A DNA stretch of 64,000 nucleotides from a virus. Below, one piece after another: positions 37,358-46,478 of this stretch. The stretch lies in the IMG/VR virus record IMGVR_UViG_3300045256_000282, positions 32,001 to 96,000 of that record, one strand, 5' to 3'. Position 1 is the stretch's first letter, and the number at the start of each line of letters is the position of its first letter. The position numbers were made by a program, and so were the translations under genes. The notes below the pieces were generated by a model. That model had not been told where the DNA came from. It was given only the letters and a program-made list of their open reading frames with translations, and made no database searches.

Positions 37358-37609
37358 TTAAACTACACGTTCGTAAGTTTTATCAAAGATATCAGGCTTG
37401 CAAGGATAAAACTCACCGTTAACACCTTGGATTATGTAGTCACCCGGACTGGCGGTGATGATCCCTTCAAGGGTTGGAATCTCAATCTTACCCTCTGACG
37501 TCATGCTAGACATCAGGTTACCTATCCACTTGCTGATCTTTAGGAATGACTCAACACTTCCGTCGTAAAGCTCAGCCTCGATAATTACAGGTTTCTTACG
37601 GTAACGCAT
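37358..37609 (-). CDS. PGDYG-type phage protein
   Basis: YRKKPV.IEA, I.TLEG, PGDYII.GV.GEFYPCKPDIF.KTYE. Confidence 0.85.
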   Translation of the reverse strand: MRYRKKPVIIEAELYDGSVESFLKISKWIGNLMSSMTSEGKIEIPTLEGIITASPGDYIIQGVNGEFYPCKPDIFDKTYERVV

Positions 37610-38093
37610 TATTCACCTTTCGATCTCCAAAGTACTTTCTTGTTAAAATGATGCCTTATCCTGGCCTCTCCGTCAATAAACATCATAAGCTCTCCCTTGA
37701 GCTTACCTGGCCATCTCCAATGATTCTTGTGAAATCTTCCGACGATGCTCTCAAGCTCGTCAATGGCAAGTCCCGTATAGCTTAACGCTTCTTCTAATCT
37801 TTCTTCGTCTGATAGGTAAAAAGCAGAGTAGATCATAGCTCGTCCTCTCTTGCCTCTCTGAAGTCGCTAGGGTGAACCATGGCCACTATCTTACCATTGT
37901 ACCGAGCAACTATGCAATGACCAGGAACGTTAGGGATGTTGGATAGGAAGTAAACAACCTCACCTCTTTGGATGGGTCCAGAAATCAGGTCTGCGTCATC
38001 AATGAAAGCAGGATCAAATACAATAGCTTCGCCCTGTTGCCAGTTCGTGCGTCTTACAGGTTTGCTATTGCGCTGCTTCTTCATCGTTTCCTT

Positions 38094-38303
38094 TTACTTC
38101 TCCGCTCCACAGATAACAGAGTAGTCTCGCTCTCCCCATTTTCTGAACAACTTAACACAAGGAGAATCGTCGTAAAGCTCACCGCACCGCTTCTTGGTCT
38201 GAGCAAGAACCTTTCGGTCCTCTTCATTCCACGGGAAGCCGGACACGTTCTGCATCTTAGTCTCTGGACAGGATAGGGCGGCCAACGCTAGGAGAGTGAT
38301 CAC
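38094..38303 (-). CDS. Small secreted Cys-containing protein
   Basis: Hydrophobic N-terminus, four Cys. Confidence 0.55.
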   Translation of the reverse strand: MITLLALAALSCPETKMQNVSGFPWNEEDRKVLAQTKKRCGELYDDSPCVKLFRKWGERDYSVICGAEK

Positions 38304-38951
38304 TCTTCACTCCTATTGTCAGCAAGCTCTAGCTGATATTCTACGGACGTGTTGGAGACAGCCTCGATAACCTCATCCATATGATCTTCTGGCACCTCTC
38401 GGTAGTTTCTCCAGAAGTCCTTAGGTTTCATATTTTCTTTAGCAATCTCGACACACATCAGGCACATATTAACCTCTCAAGAGTACCTTCAAGATCAACG
38501 CACCAACAACCAGGACGGTGCCGATTACGGCAAGTCCCAAAAGGGTTGCGACGAACTGCGCCGCGTAAAAACCCAGGGTTGCTTTAAAGATCGTTTTAAA
38601 AGGGTGCTCTGCCAGTTGTTCTTTTGCTGCTTTGAGTAACTCGTTTGCTGAATCTTTGTTATTGTTCATTTTTTGCTTCCTTATTCGTTTGATTTACGTA
38701 TCAGTACGGAGAATCATTTCCCCTAGGCTCATGGTTGCTTCCTGCGATGTAATTACATACCGTGCAAGTCAACCTCTCGGTAGTGGGATGGTACGTCCAC
38801 TTGTGAGGTGGGCAGTTCTTTTCCTTACCGTGAACCTCATCCTGAAGCTCTTCTAGGATCTTCTGTCTTTTCTTCCTAGCATCAGCCTCCATCTTGTTTC
38901 CAAGCATAGCGAAACCTACTATAAAGATCAAGATAAAAGCAAATGTTAGCA

Positions 38952-39404
38952 TCAGTGAAAGGTCCTTCCGCTATTGCTGCCGTCGTTTCCGCTGCCCTTT
39001 TTAGGTTTAGAGGTCGACTTATCCTGATCGTTTCGCAGCTCCTTGATCTTCTCAACAATTTCAGTCGTGAGTTTTTCGATAGTGTAGTGACCACCGCTGC
39101 TCAAGACCGTGTCCATACCAATGCAAAGACTTTTAAGCGCATTGGAGTGGATCGTACTGATAGCTCCTGCCAGTTCTTCCTTCGTGATCTTCTCTCCAGG
39201 CTTAACCATATCTTTATCTGACTCGAGATGGCCCGCCTCCATCTGACCAGCTCTTTGAAGCAGGAGGTGACTCATGCTGTCAAAAAGGGCACAGAAGTCC
39301 AACTCCTCGTCGAGGCCTTGGGTTGCAGTCTCGTCGATAAGAAGGCCAATCTTCTTATTAAAATCCTCTAACAATTTCTTTAATTTTGGGTCGATGTCAC
39401 TCAT
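38952..39404 (-). CDS. Hypothetical protein
   Basis: 150 aa, AGGAG RBS. Confidence 0.6.
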   Translation of the reverse strand: MSDIDPKLKKLLEDFNKKIGLLIDETATQGLDEELDFCALFDSMSHLLLQRAGQMEAGHLESDKDMVKPGEKITKEELAGAISTIHSNALKSLCIGMDTVLSSGGHYTIEKLTTEIVEKIKELRNDQDKSTSKPKKGSGNDGSNSGRTFH

Positions 39405-39571
39405 CTTTAGCTCCTAGCTCTCCGTTATTAAAAACTCCCTGCATCCGCATGACGTCCACCAAACCGTTTGCAGCCATTCGGATCTGTTCCTGAATAGATC
39501 TGATATTGTCCATTTCTTCAGACATCTTACTCGTTGTCTTATAAATCTTTCCATCAACCTCAATAGTTACC

Positions 39572-39877
39572 TTAATTTCCCTCATCTTCGTACCCTCCCG
39601 GATAAACGTCGCCGTTCTCGTGAATCTTATCGTCCTCGTAGGGGGCAACAGCCCTACGATAAAACTCTAACTTGCATCCCTCTAAAGCTCCAACTATGTC
39701 GTTGTAGTTCTGGTAACGGGCTGAGTATCCGCCGTCAATGTTCTGACTTGTTATGAATGAAAGGCAAAGCTCTGTCAAAAGATAGTTAAGCTCTCCAGCG
39801 GTCTTGATGTCAGTGCCCTTGATCGTCGCTGTCAAGTTGCTTAGGTTTGAGCGATCCTTTTCTTTAATGTATGGCAT
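39572..39877 (-). CDS. DUF6899-like phage protein
   Basis: MPYIK, GELNY, GALE.CKLE.YRR...PYED.KI..NGDVY. Confidence 0.8.
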   Translation of the reverse strand: MPYIKEKDRSNLSNLTATIKGTDIKTAGELNYLLTELCLSFITSQNIDGGYSARYQNYNDIVGALEGCKLEFYRRAVAPYEDDKIHENGDVYPGGYEDEGN

Positions 39878-40155
39878 CTTTACCTCCAGGTAGTATCTTA
39901 AAAGAAACTCTTAGCATCTTAACAGCTTCCTCACAAAGTCTTTCGGACTCGCACAGTAAGGAAACACCATAGGCGGACGCGATAGCCCCACCGAGAGATT
40001 CTGGCGAGTTTTTTGATGCTGTTTGAAACAACTGCATCGAAGTCTTAACTGCTTCTATGCCAATCCTGATCTTCCCGATGTTCTTAAATCGCATAGTATC
40101 AGTCAAGTATTTATTAGCCTTGATCAGCCTAGCTACTGATTCGGAAAGTTCGGAG

Positions 40156-40662
40156 TTAATTGGATTCGACATCGTCCCTCGAGATCTTCGTAAGCTCTAT
40201 ATCCCCCAAGAGGATCATCACCCGACCGGAGTTCTTCTCTCCGATCCAGCGAAGCATCGTCTCCCTAAGATCGTTTAGGGTCTTAGCGGTCAGGTTAAGT
40301 TCTTCGTGATTTTTTATGACAACAGCAAGCCTATCTTGTGGACGCAGCCTAAGAGTTTTAACCTCTCTGATAAGCTTCGCAGCCTTGAGATCGTCTTCCG
40401 TTGGAGGATCAATCTTGTCAACTTCTTCGATGAGTTCCAGCACGTTTTGGATGATAAGGTCACTGTCAAGGGTTGAGGTGAAGCTTCTTTTTCCGCTTGA
40501 GGCAGTGACCGTCTTATCAGAATGGTCATAGGTAACTCGAACAGCTTCCAAACCCTGCTCGTCTGAGTAGGCATAGATGGTCTTAGACCCAGTGTATTCT
40601 GGAACACCTACTAGGGTGAAGTTCAGCTTAAAAAGTTGTGACTCAAGATCGTTGAAAAGCAT
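40156..40662 (-). CDS. Hypothetical protein
   Basis: 168 aa, GAGG RBS. Confidence 0.6.
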   Translation of the reverse strand: MLFNDLESQLFKLNFTLVGVPEYTGSKTIYAYSDEQGLEAVRVTYDHSDKTVTASSGKRSFTSTLDSDLIIQNVLELIEEVDKIDPPTEDDLKAAKLIREVKTLRLRPQDRLAVVIKNHEELNLTAKTLNDLRETMLRWIGEKNSGRVMILLGDIELTKISRDDVESN

Positions 40663-41371
40663 CGTAAACCTCTATTATCTCTTGTAGGGTAGCCGGTCTG
40701 TACTGGTTTGTCCAGGGCATCCCAGGGGAGTCAACGCCTACGTTGATCATGATCGAACCGTTTGGAGTCTTCCTAACTCCCCACTTCTCATGTACGTGGC
40801 CGCACAGTAGTGGCAGACCATCTTCGACCGCTGCGTACTTGTTGACCTTGTACTGTCTATCTTCCTCGTCAGCTATCGTGTACGCGCTCGAGTATGGGAT
40901 GTGATGCAGGTTAAACGTACCGATACCTGGTACCTCTAGTTGCCCTTTGACCATGATCTCGGACCATCCCCATGATTTATACTTTTCTTCCCATACCGCC
41001 CTGTTCTCAGGCTTCTTACCCTTCTTGTGCGAAGGATGGGGAAAGTCATGATTGCCAAGGACTAGGATCTTCTTTCCGTTCAAAAGCGGGGTGTAATACT
41101 CTACAGCTCGAGCTGCAAACGCAAAGTCACCCAGGTGATAAACAATATCTTCTGGAGAAACCACCGCATTCCAGTTACGAACCATGGCGTCGTTCATCTC
41201 TACGACGTCTTTCTGAATAGCCGCAGCCTTCTTCTCGGCGTCCTCGTAACCAACACTTGCCGAATCCTTAATGAAGTTATCGAGATTCGTGGTAAAGGGT
41301 CGACCACAATACCGAATTACGTTAGTGTGAAAAAAATGACTATCGCTCGTTAGAAAGATCTTCGCCGACAT
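40643..41371 (-). CDS. Metallophosphoesterase (phage calcineurin-like)
   Basis: SD.HF.H, WN..V...D..YHLGD, GNHD, GHVH, NVGVD. Confidence 0.9.
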   Translation of the reverse strand: MSAKIFLTSDSHFFHTNVIRYCGRPFTTNLDNFIKDSASVGYEDAEKKAAAIQKDVVEMNDAMVRNWNAVVSPEDIVYHLGDFAFAARAVEYYTPLLNGKKILVLGNHDFPHPSHKKGKKPENRAVWEEKYKSWGWSEIMVKGQLEVPGIGTFNLHHIPYSSAYTIADEEDRQYKVNKYAAVEDGLPLLCGHVHEKWGVRKTPNGSIMINVGVDSPGMPWTNQYRPATLQEIIEVYDAFQRS

Positions 41372-41551
41372 CTGCTGCCTTCTCCCATTCGTAGTAGAAC
41401 TTGTTTCCTTCTTCGTCCTTGAAGACAGCATTCTTACCAACTGCTTTCATGAACATCAAAGCCCCCTTGCCGTTTTCTTTAGCAAGTTCTTTTACACGGC
41501 TTACAAAATCTTTGTAATCCGAGGCTTTTATCTTCACGTAGTAATGGTACA

Positions 41552-41698
41552 TTAGGCCGCTTTCTTCTTGCTCTTCTTCGAGTTATCGAGTACCACCTTG
41601 TTGATCAGCACCTTAGCCTTAAAATCAACGTAGTAAACGATGGTCTCAGGTTGCTTCTTAGCTTCCGTCTTCTTAGGTTCTAGCTTGATAATGTTCAT
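41552..41698 (-). CDS. Small early protein (not in ORF track)
   Basis: Promoter 41718-41746 TTGACC-17-TATCCT, AGGAG RBS, 48 aa. Confidence 0.6.
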   Translation of the reverse strand: MNIIKLEPKKTEAKKQPETIVYYVDFKAKVLINKVVLDNSKKSKKKAA

Positions 41699-41749
41699 GG
41701 TCTTATCTCCTGAGAACAGGATACCTAGTTGTACTCTTTAGGTCAAGCT

Positions 41750-42078
41750 TTATCTTTGAAATTTCTTACACCAGTGACTGTGTCCAGGATGACCCAGCTT
41801 ATCTGCACCACACTCGCATATGGGCCTATTCCATCCGCCGTCCGCGTACAGCTTATGAACGTTTATACCGGGGGGGCTGGCGGTCCAGAGACTTGGCCAT
41901 AATTGGCAATGTAATCAAATCCACCATAACCTGTGTCGTAGCTAACCCACTCGTAATAGGACCCATCATAGTCGACGTAATACAGATCAATCTTAGCTTG
42001 CTCAAAGCTTCCCCAATACGTGATCTCTTTGGCGACCTTTCCGCCGTACCTGTTGTTCAGATGGGCCAAGATTCTCAT
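41750..42078 (-). pseudogene. Gene split at a C7 run; -1 frame adds CECGA-K...H.HWC domain
   Basis: Zero frame stops at 41863; -1 frame continues 39 codons; same domain is in frame in ORF 52013-52336. Confidence 0.6.
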
Positions 42079-42179
42079 AGCTCACTTCATGTTGGGTTTA
42101 TTGATCCACCAGTATGTGCCTAGGGCTGTTGCAGCAAGTACGGATAAGACCTTGATGATAATGGAAAGTACGGTAAGCA

Positions 42180-42986
42180 TCAAGAACTCTTCTTTACGTA
42201 TCCTGTGTTCTTCTTCTCCCATTGCTGGTCGTCATCAAACGACTTTGGGCCAAGGTCAAACATGTGCATGGAGACGGACTGCTCGACCTTCACCGGATGG
42301 AGACCTGGAAACTTCTTCTTGCAAAACTTAGTAACCATACCTTCAAGTTCTTCATAGTAAGACTTGGTCAGGTACATGTTGTATAAAAGCTCTTGAGTAG
42401 CATCTTTTCCGATACGATCAATGAACGTGTCCCAAAAAGCTACGAGAGGGGATTGTCCTCGCTTAACCTTCAAGGATTTTAAATCAGGCAAAGAGACCTC
42501 TTCGTAGTCTTCTTGGTTCAAGATCTCAGGCTGACGAGGAGGGCGGCTAGCAATGATCTCTTCGTCGGTCTTTACCTTCGGGATTCCATCAGCTACGAAC
42601 GTGTATTCAGAATCGCGCAGTAGAACTCTACCGTCTTTATGAACCTCAACCACCGCCTTTGATAGGTTTGGACTATCTTCTGCGCCAAATCTTCCTTCTG
42701 ACTCGTACAAGACAAATACGCTGGTGCCGAGATCCTTAGCCAGATCCTTGATCGACTGAATCTCCTTAGTCACGTCAAGGTCACCATACCAGATCTTGCC
42801 GTGCTCTTTCGTAAACACGTTAGCGTTAAAAACTACGAGGTTGCTAGGATTGTCGTAACGATAAATCGACTTAGACCCTCCGACCATCTTACCCATGTCG
42901 CCCAAGTTAAACTGGGCGATCTTCTCAGGAGTCGAACCCTTCTGTTTAAAATCTGACGGAAATGGTACGGTTTTACTTGTTTTCAT
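42180..42986 (-). CDS. Hypothetical protein
   Basis: GSKS.Y...P...VVFNAN, IWYGDLD motif; GGAG RBS. Confidence 0.65.
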   Translation of the reverse strand: MKTSKTVPFPSDFKQKGSTPEKIAQFNLGDMGKMVGGSKSIYRYDNPSNLVVFNANVFTKEHGKIWYGDLDVTKEIQSIKDLAKDLGTSVFVLYESEGRFGAEDSPNLSKAVVEVHKDGRVLLRDSEYTFVADGIPKVKTDEEIIASRPPRQPEILNQEDYEEVSLPDLKSLKVKRGQSPLVAFWDTFIDRIGKDATQELLYNMYLTKSYYEELEGMVTKFCKKKFPGLHPVKVEQSVSMHMFDLGPKSFDDDQQWEKKNTGYVKKSS

Positions 42987-43641
42987 TTGTTTCTCCCTTC
43001 CATCCAAGCGCCTCCGCAATAGATGGGAATTCTTTTTTAAAGATCTCACGAGCCTCCAAGGCAATCTCCTTGTGTTCTAGCTGTGTTCCGTTTGCTGAAC
43101 GTAGATCTATGTAGTGAACCCAGCTTCTTACCGGGCCTGTCATGTAGAGCTTGGTCTTAGTTCCTAAAGGAAGAAGAAACCTAGCACATTCTTTTGCGAT
43201 ACCTCGTCGCAAAGCTTCTTGATAAAGGGCTTCAGCAGTCGTGTTAACGCCTATCGCCGCATTTAAGAACCAGTCGACATCCTTTGCTGGGAGATCATCG
43301 ACACTGTTCTGCCTGTTCTTAACATCTTGACGTCTCGGCTCGTGAAGCATGAACTCCGTGACCTCGGCGTAACGTTGACTGAATTCTTGAAAAGTAAAAC
43401 TTCTGTGCCTGAGGATCTGAGCTGCGATAGCTCTACTAGTTTCGATCTCAAGGGTCATGAAGGCGTGCTCAAAAGGGCTCCAGTGATTATTCTTGATCAG
43501 GTAGCTGATAAGCTTTGGTGCCGTCTCAAAGTTGTTCTGGTTTGATGGATTACTGACCCTAGCAACAAAAGAGATAAGCTCTTCTGCAGCTTTTCCGTCA
43601 AGATCTCCGACTCCCTTTGTTACTGCAACAAGCTTAACCAT
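42973..43641 (-). CDS. thyX: Flavin-dependent thymidylate synthase
   Basis: ARVS, HWSPFEH, RHRSFTFQEFSQRY, KECAR..LP, Q.EH. Confidence 0.95.
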   Translation of the reverse strand: MVKLVAVTKGVGDLDGKAAEELISFVARVSNPSNQNNFETAPKLISYLIKNNHWSPFEHAFMTLEIETSRAIAAQILRHRSFTFQEFSQRYAEVTEFMLHEPRRQDVKNRQNSVDDLPAKDVDWFLNAAIGVNTTAEALYQEALRRGIAKECARFLLPLGTKTKLYMTGPVRSWVHYIDLRSANGTQLEHKEIALEAREIFKKEFPSIAEALGWKGETNENK

Positions 43642-43898
43642 GACTGCCTTGCTCCTTTAGCCGCACATTGACGAATACGCTCACGAGTTACGTGAGCAAC
43701 CTCTGCCATTCTCTCTAAGGATACTCCAGCAGCCACGCCACGTAAAGACCTTCCCACCCTAGAAGTGTGCTTAAATTGACTGTGCTTTAATAGGTACTTA
43801 GCTTCGCTCTTGGTCGGAAGGATCGTTTCCTGAGCCATCAGCTTCCGCTGAATCTGAAACCAGATCTTCATTAACCTGTGTTGTATTTTCTTGATCAT
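43620..43898 (-). CDS. Stand-alone sigma70 region 4-like HTH protein
   Basis: SLERMAEVAHVTRERIRQCAAKGAR; GGAG RBS. Confidence 0.6.
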   Translation of the reverse strand: MIKKIQHRLMKIWFQIQRKLMAQETILPTKSEAKYLLKHSQFKHTSRVGRSLRGVAAGVSLERMAEVAHVTRERIRQCAAKGARQSWLSLLQ

Positions 43899-44193
43899 CT
43901 TCTTCTCCCATAAGAGATACGATAGCCGCATGCTTACTTTCAGAAAGGATTGAGCCGATCTCACCGACCAGCGCACCAGAGTCTTCCACTAAGGCTGCGT
44001 GCTCGATCGATTCGTGGGCGTACTCATTACCCATCTCAAGCCAATGAAGACTCTCAGAAGGCTCTTCGGACTTCTCGGAGATCAAGTATGCTGCGATAGC
44101 TCTGCTCCCCCACTTGATAGCGGTCTCTTTTTGGATATCCTGATAAGACTTCTTGTCAAGCTCCTGTAGCGCTGCGTCGACGTCAAATTGCAT
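43798..44193 (-). CDS. Acidic hypothetical protein
   Basis: 131 aa, GAGG RBS. Confidence 0.6.
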   Translation of the reverse strand: MQFDVDAALQELDKKSYQDIQKETAIKWGSRAIAAYLISEKSEEPSESLHWLEMGNEYAHESIEHAALVEDSGALVGEIGSILSESKHAAIVSLMGEEDDQENTTQVNEDLVSDSAEADGSGNDPSDQERS

Positions 44194-44194
44194 A

Positions 44195-44554
44195 TCAGCT
44201 ATCCTCTAACTTTCGAGGCGCAAAAGGACGTGGAGGACGGCGATCGCGTGAAGCCTTAAGCTTAGCCAAACCAGCGCCTGGGCGAAGGATGTCTTGCGAG
44301 ATAAGTTTTTCTCGAAGAGCCTTAGTTTGTTCTTTTGACATGAAACCGTCGTAGGGCTCACCGACCTTGATCTGTCCTGAAGAGAGGAGCTTTTGACGAA
44401 ACTTTGAGGCGTCTTGGTCTGTCATCTCTCGAGGTAGGCCATACCCAGGAACACGAAGCTCCTGAGCACTAGGGATCTCGCGCTTACTTGGACGAACAGT
44501 GATCTTATCTTTTTGTGATGGCTTGTACATACCTTCTCCTTTTTTGAAGTCCAT
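44195..44554 (-). CDS. Basic hypothetical protein with internal repeat (R.KL.S...I/L)
   Basis: 119 aa; FRQKLLSSGQI / LREKLISQDIL. Confidence 0.55.
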   Translation of the reverse strand: MDFKKGEGMYKPSQKDKITVRPSKREIPSAQELRVPGYGLPREMTDQDASKFRQKLLSSGQIKVGEPYDGFMSKEQTKALREKLISQDILRPGAGLAKLKASRDRRPPRPFAPRKLEDS

Positions 44555-44600
44555 GACATGAATATATCATGAGGGAGAAGGGTTAAAAAGGGGAAAGTTG

Positions 44601-44660
44601 TGTAGGCCCCCGTAGGGTCGTCGGGCTTTGTGAGTAGATGACCAATAAACTCGGCCTACA
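44601..44660. ncRNA. Candidate 60-nt three-way-junction RNA
   Basis: TGTAGGCC/GGCCTACA closing stem, two inner hairpins with complementary loops; abuts tRNA. Confidence 0.5.
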
Positions 44661-44664
44661 AAAT

Positions 44665-44738
44665 TGGTTGCGGGACCCAGAATCGCACTGGGGTCTCGAG
44701 GTTATGAGCCTCGCGTGGTACTTCTCCACTATCCCGCT
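44665..44738 (-). tRNA. tRNA-Met(CAU), initiator-like
   Basis: AGCGGGA/UCCCGCA-ACCA with 1:72 mismatch; CGAGG-CUCAUAA-CCUCG; T loop UGCGAUU. Confidence 0.85.
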
Positions 44739-44750
44739 ATATTTAAAGTA

Positions 44751-44877
44751 TTAGGTGCGTGGGGGAAAGCCGCGTCGGAGCCACCCGACAGCACTATCGT
44801 TACATGTTGGCTAACAAGTCCTAGTCGCCTGCTCATCCCTATAGGTTCAACGATATGAATCGTGTCCACGCACCTAA
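44751..44877. ncRNA. Candidate 127-nt structured RNA
   Basis: Perfect 12-bp terminal stem TTAGGTGCGTGG/CCACGCACCTAA with nested helices. Confidence 0.6.
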
Positions 44878-44879
44878 AG

Positions 44880-45083
44880 TTATTCTTTTTCTCTCTGATA
44901 CTCACTGTAAAGCATCAAAAACCAACTAACAACAGCCAAAACACATCCGACCGTTATGCTCTTAATCCTATCACCAGCTATCTGATGGAGCATGGCTCCT
45001 GCGCCAGCTCCCATGAAAACCCCTATGAACTTGGCGAGTGATCCCCATACAGCTTTCTTTAAGGCTTTCTTTTCTAGACTCAT
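44880..45083 (-). CDS. Small two-TM membrane protein
   Basis: 67 aa, two hydrophobic segments, coupled to upstream gene. Confidence 0.6.
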   Translation of the reverse strand: MSLEKKALKKAVWGSLAKFIGVFMGAGAGAMLHQIAGDRIKSITVGCVLAVVSWFLMLYSEYQREKE

Positions 45084-45934
45084 GGCGAAAAAGGCAGAGA
45101 GTATTGTCTGATGGGGTGGTTTGGATCGTTGTAATATCTCGAGTAAACATCAATCATTCCGCGAGGATATTGCTTCATCAGGATGTAACACCACAATTTG
45201 TAAGATAGTTTCCACAAAATGTTACGGTTCTTTAAAAATTGCCAATCGCAATAAGGTAATTTCCTTGCATCAGTATCGCCAACATCCTTGAAACATCCCA
45301 AAAATTGACCTACGAGTATGCTTAAGAAGGCGATAGGGCCGATCCATCTGCCAGCCGTCATACGAAGATAGGCTATATGACCAGGAGATCTTCCATGCCA
45401 TCCAGCTAGGCAAAACTGGTCTGGGTGATTGTTGTTCCAAAACATCTTAGGCTTAAAACCAGAACGGATAAACCGCCATAGGCTTATCGGGGTCAAACAC
45501 CAAAGGATTGACGCCCATCTTGCGATCCCGTAATACTTAACGTTATTCTCAGAAGCCTGACCCATATCTGGGCCAGTGGCATGAACAGTATTTCCGTGCT
45601 CGTAGGATCTCCTAGAGTAAGCCCCACCATCAAACAGCCCCGAGAAGGTGGCGATCGCTCCGGTGTTGTCCATCGAGTCAAACTCATCCCCACCAGGAAC
45701 CCTAGAGCTTACTCCAGGAAATGTTTCTAGGGATTCGTAGACCTTCCTTAGTCTTTCGATCTCTTCCTTCTTAACGCTATCCGGGGTTTCTGAATCATTG
45801 ACTAAACAAATCAAGTACTCTAAGGTAAAGAGCGCTCCGTTTTGGGTAGGCTCGCCTTTTCCATCCCTAGTGTAAAGACCGTTTAAACCAAACTTGTCGC
45901 GATACTTAAGGAAATCTTGATATAAGTTACTCAT
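45080..45934 (-). CDS. Hypothetical late protein, aromatic-rich
   Basis: 284 aa; AATCTT at 45941-45946 six nt before ATG. Confidence 0.7.
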   Translation of the reverse strand: MSNLYQDFLKYRDKFGLNGLYTRDGKGEPTQNGALFTLEYLICLVNDSETPDSVKKEEIERLRKVYESLETFPGVSSRVPGGDEFDSMDNTGAIATFSGLFDGGAYSRRSYEHGNTVHATGPDMGQASENNVKYYGIARWASILWCLTPISLWRFIRSGFKPKMFWNNNHPDQFCLAGWHGRSPGHIAYLRMTAGRWIGPIAFLSILVGQFLGCFKDVGDTDARKLPYCDWQFLKNRNILWKLSYKLWCYILMKQYPRGMIDVYSRYYNDPNHPIRQYSLPFSP

Positions 45935-45953
45935 ATGATCAAGATTCGTTCTT

Positions 45954-46415
45954 CTAGTAGGACGACGCGATTCTTCCGTTTCTTCTGTAAAAACCGTAAG
46001 AGGTATCCTCAGAATCTACCGGCTCGTTGTGCTTATCACACCAGTAGTAGCTTGTTTCTAAGGTAAGTTTCTTACAATTCTTGTGCCTACATTTGCGCTT
46101 AGTTGAAGCGGGTCTCGAGCTGGGAGCATCAAAAGAGGCGATCCTTACTGCTGTGATCAGCGATATTCCTAAGATCTTTCGGGAGTTCAGTATCCTCATT
46201 CGGATCTCGTTTATCTCGCTATCGATACGCTGAAGATCAATACCATCTCCCCTGTTCTCGTGCTCTAAGTGAAGTCTGCGTCTAAAGTTACGGAGAAAAT
46301 TCTCCATAGCGTCAAACCCTCTCATCGCCACCGCAAACGTCGTACCATCTTCTTTAGCCAAGTTTCTTACCAGGGCCTTCTGTTCAGTTGTCGGGATCTC
46401 AAAATCTTTTTCCAT
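45954..46415 (-). CDS. Hypothetical protein with C-terminal C-x4-C...C-x2-H finger
   Basis: CRHKNC...WCDKH. Confidence 0.55.
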   Translation of the reverse strand: MEKDFEIPTTEQKALVRNLAKEDGTTFAVAMRGFDAMENFLRNFRRRLHLEHENRGDGIDLQRIDSEINEIRMRILNSRKILGISLITAVRIASFDAPSSRPASTKRKCRHKNCKKLTLETSYYWCDKHNEPVDSEDTSYGFYRRNGRIASSY

Positions 46416-46430
46416 AAAATACCTTTCTTT

Positions 46431-46467
46431 AAGAAAGGGGCCAGGGATAACCACAAACCCTGGCCCC
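46431..46467 (-). terminator. Intrinsic terminator after DUF932 gene
   Basis: GGGGCCAGGG-11 nt-CCCTGGCCCC then TTTCTT. Confidence 0.85.
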
Positions 46468-46478
46468 AGGAGATAGGA

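Noticed and set aside
44601-44660. Theta/HDV-like or hammerhead ribozyme next to the tRNA
   Set aside because: No CUGANGA/GAAA core, no HDV nested double-pseudoknot order, and the tRNA already encodes CCA
44664-44858. 64-aa plus-strand ORF
   Set aside because: Antisense to the tRNA and across the structured RNA
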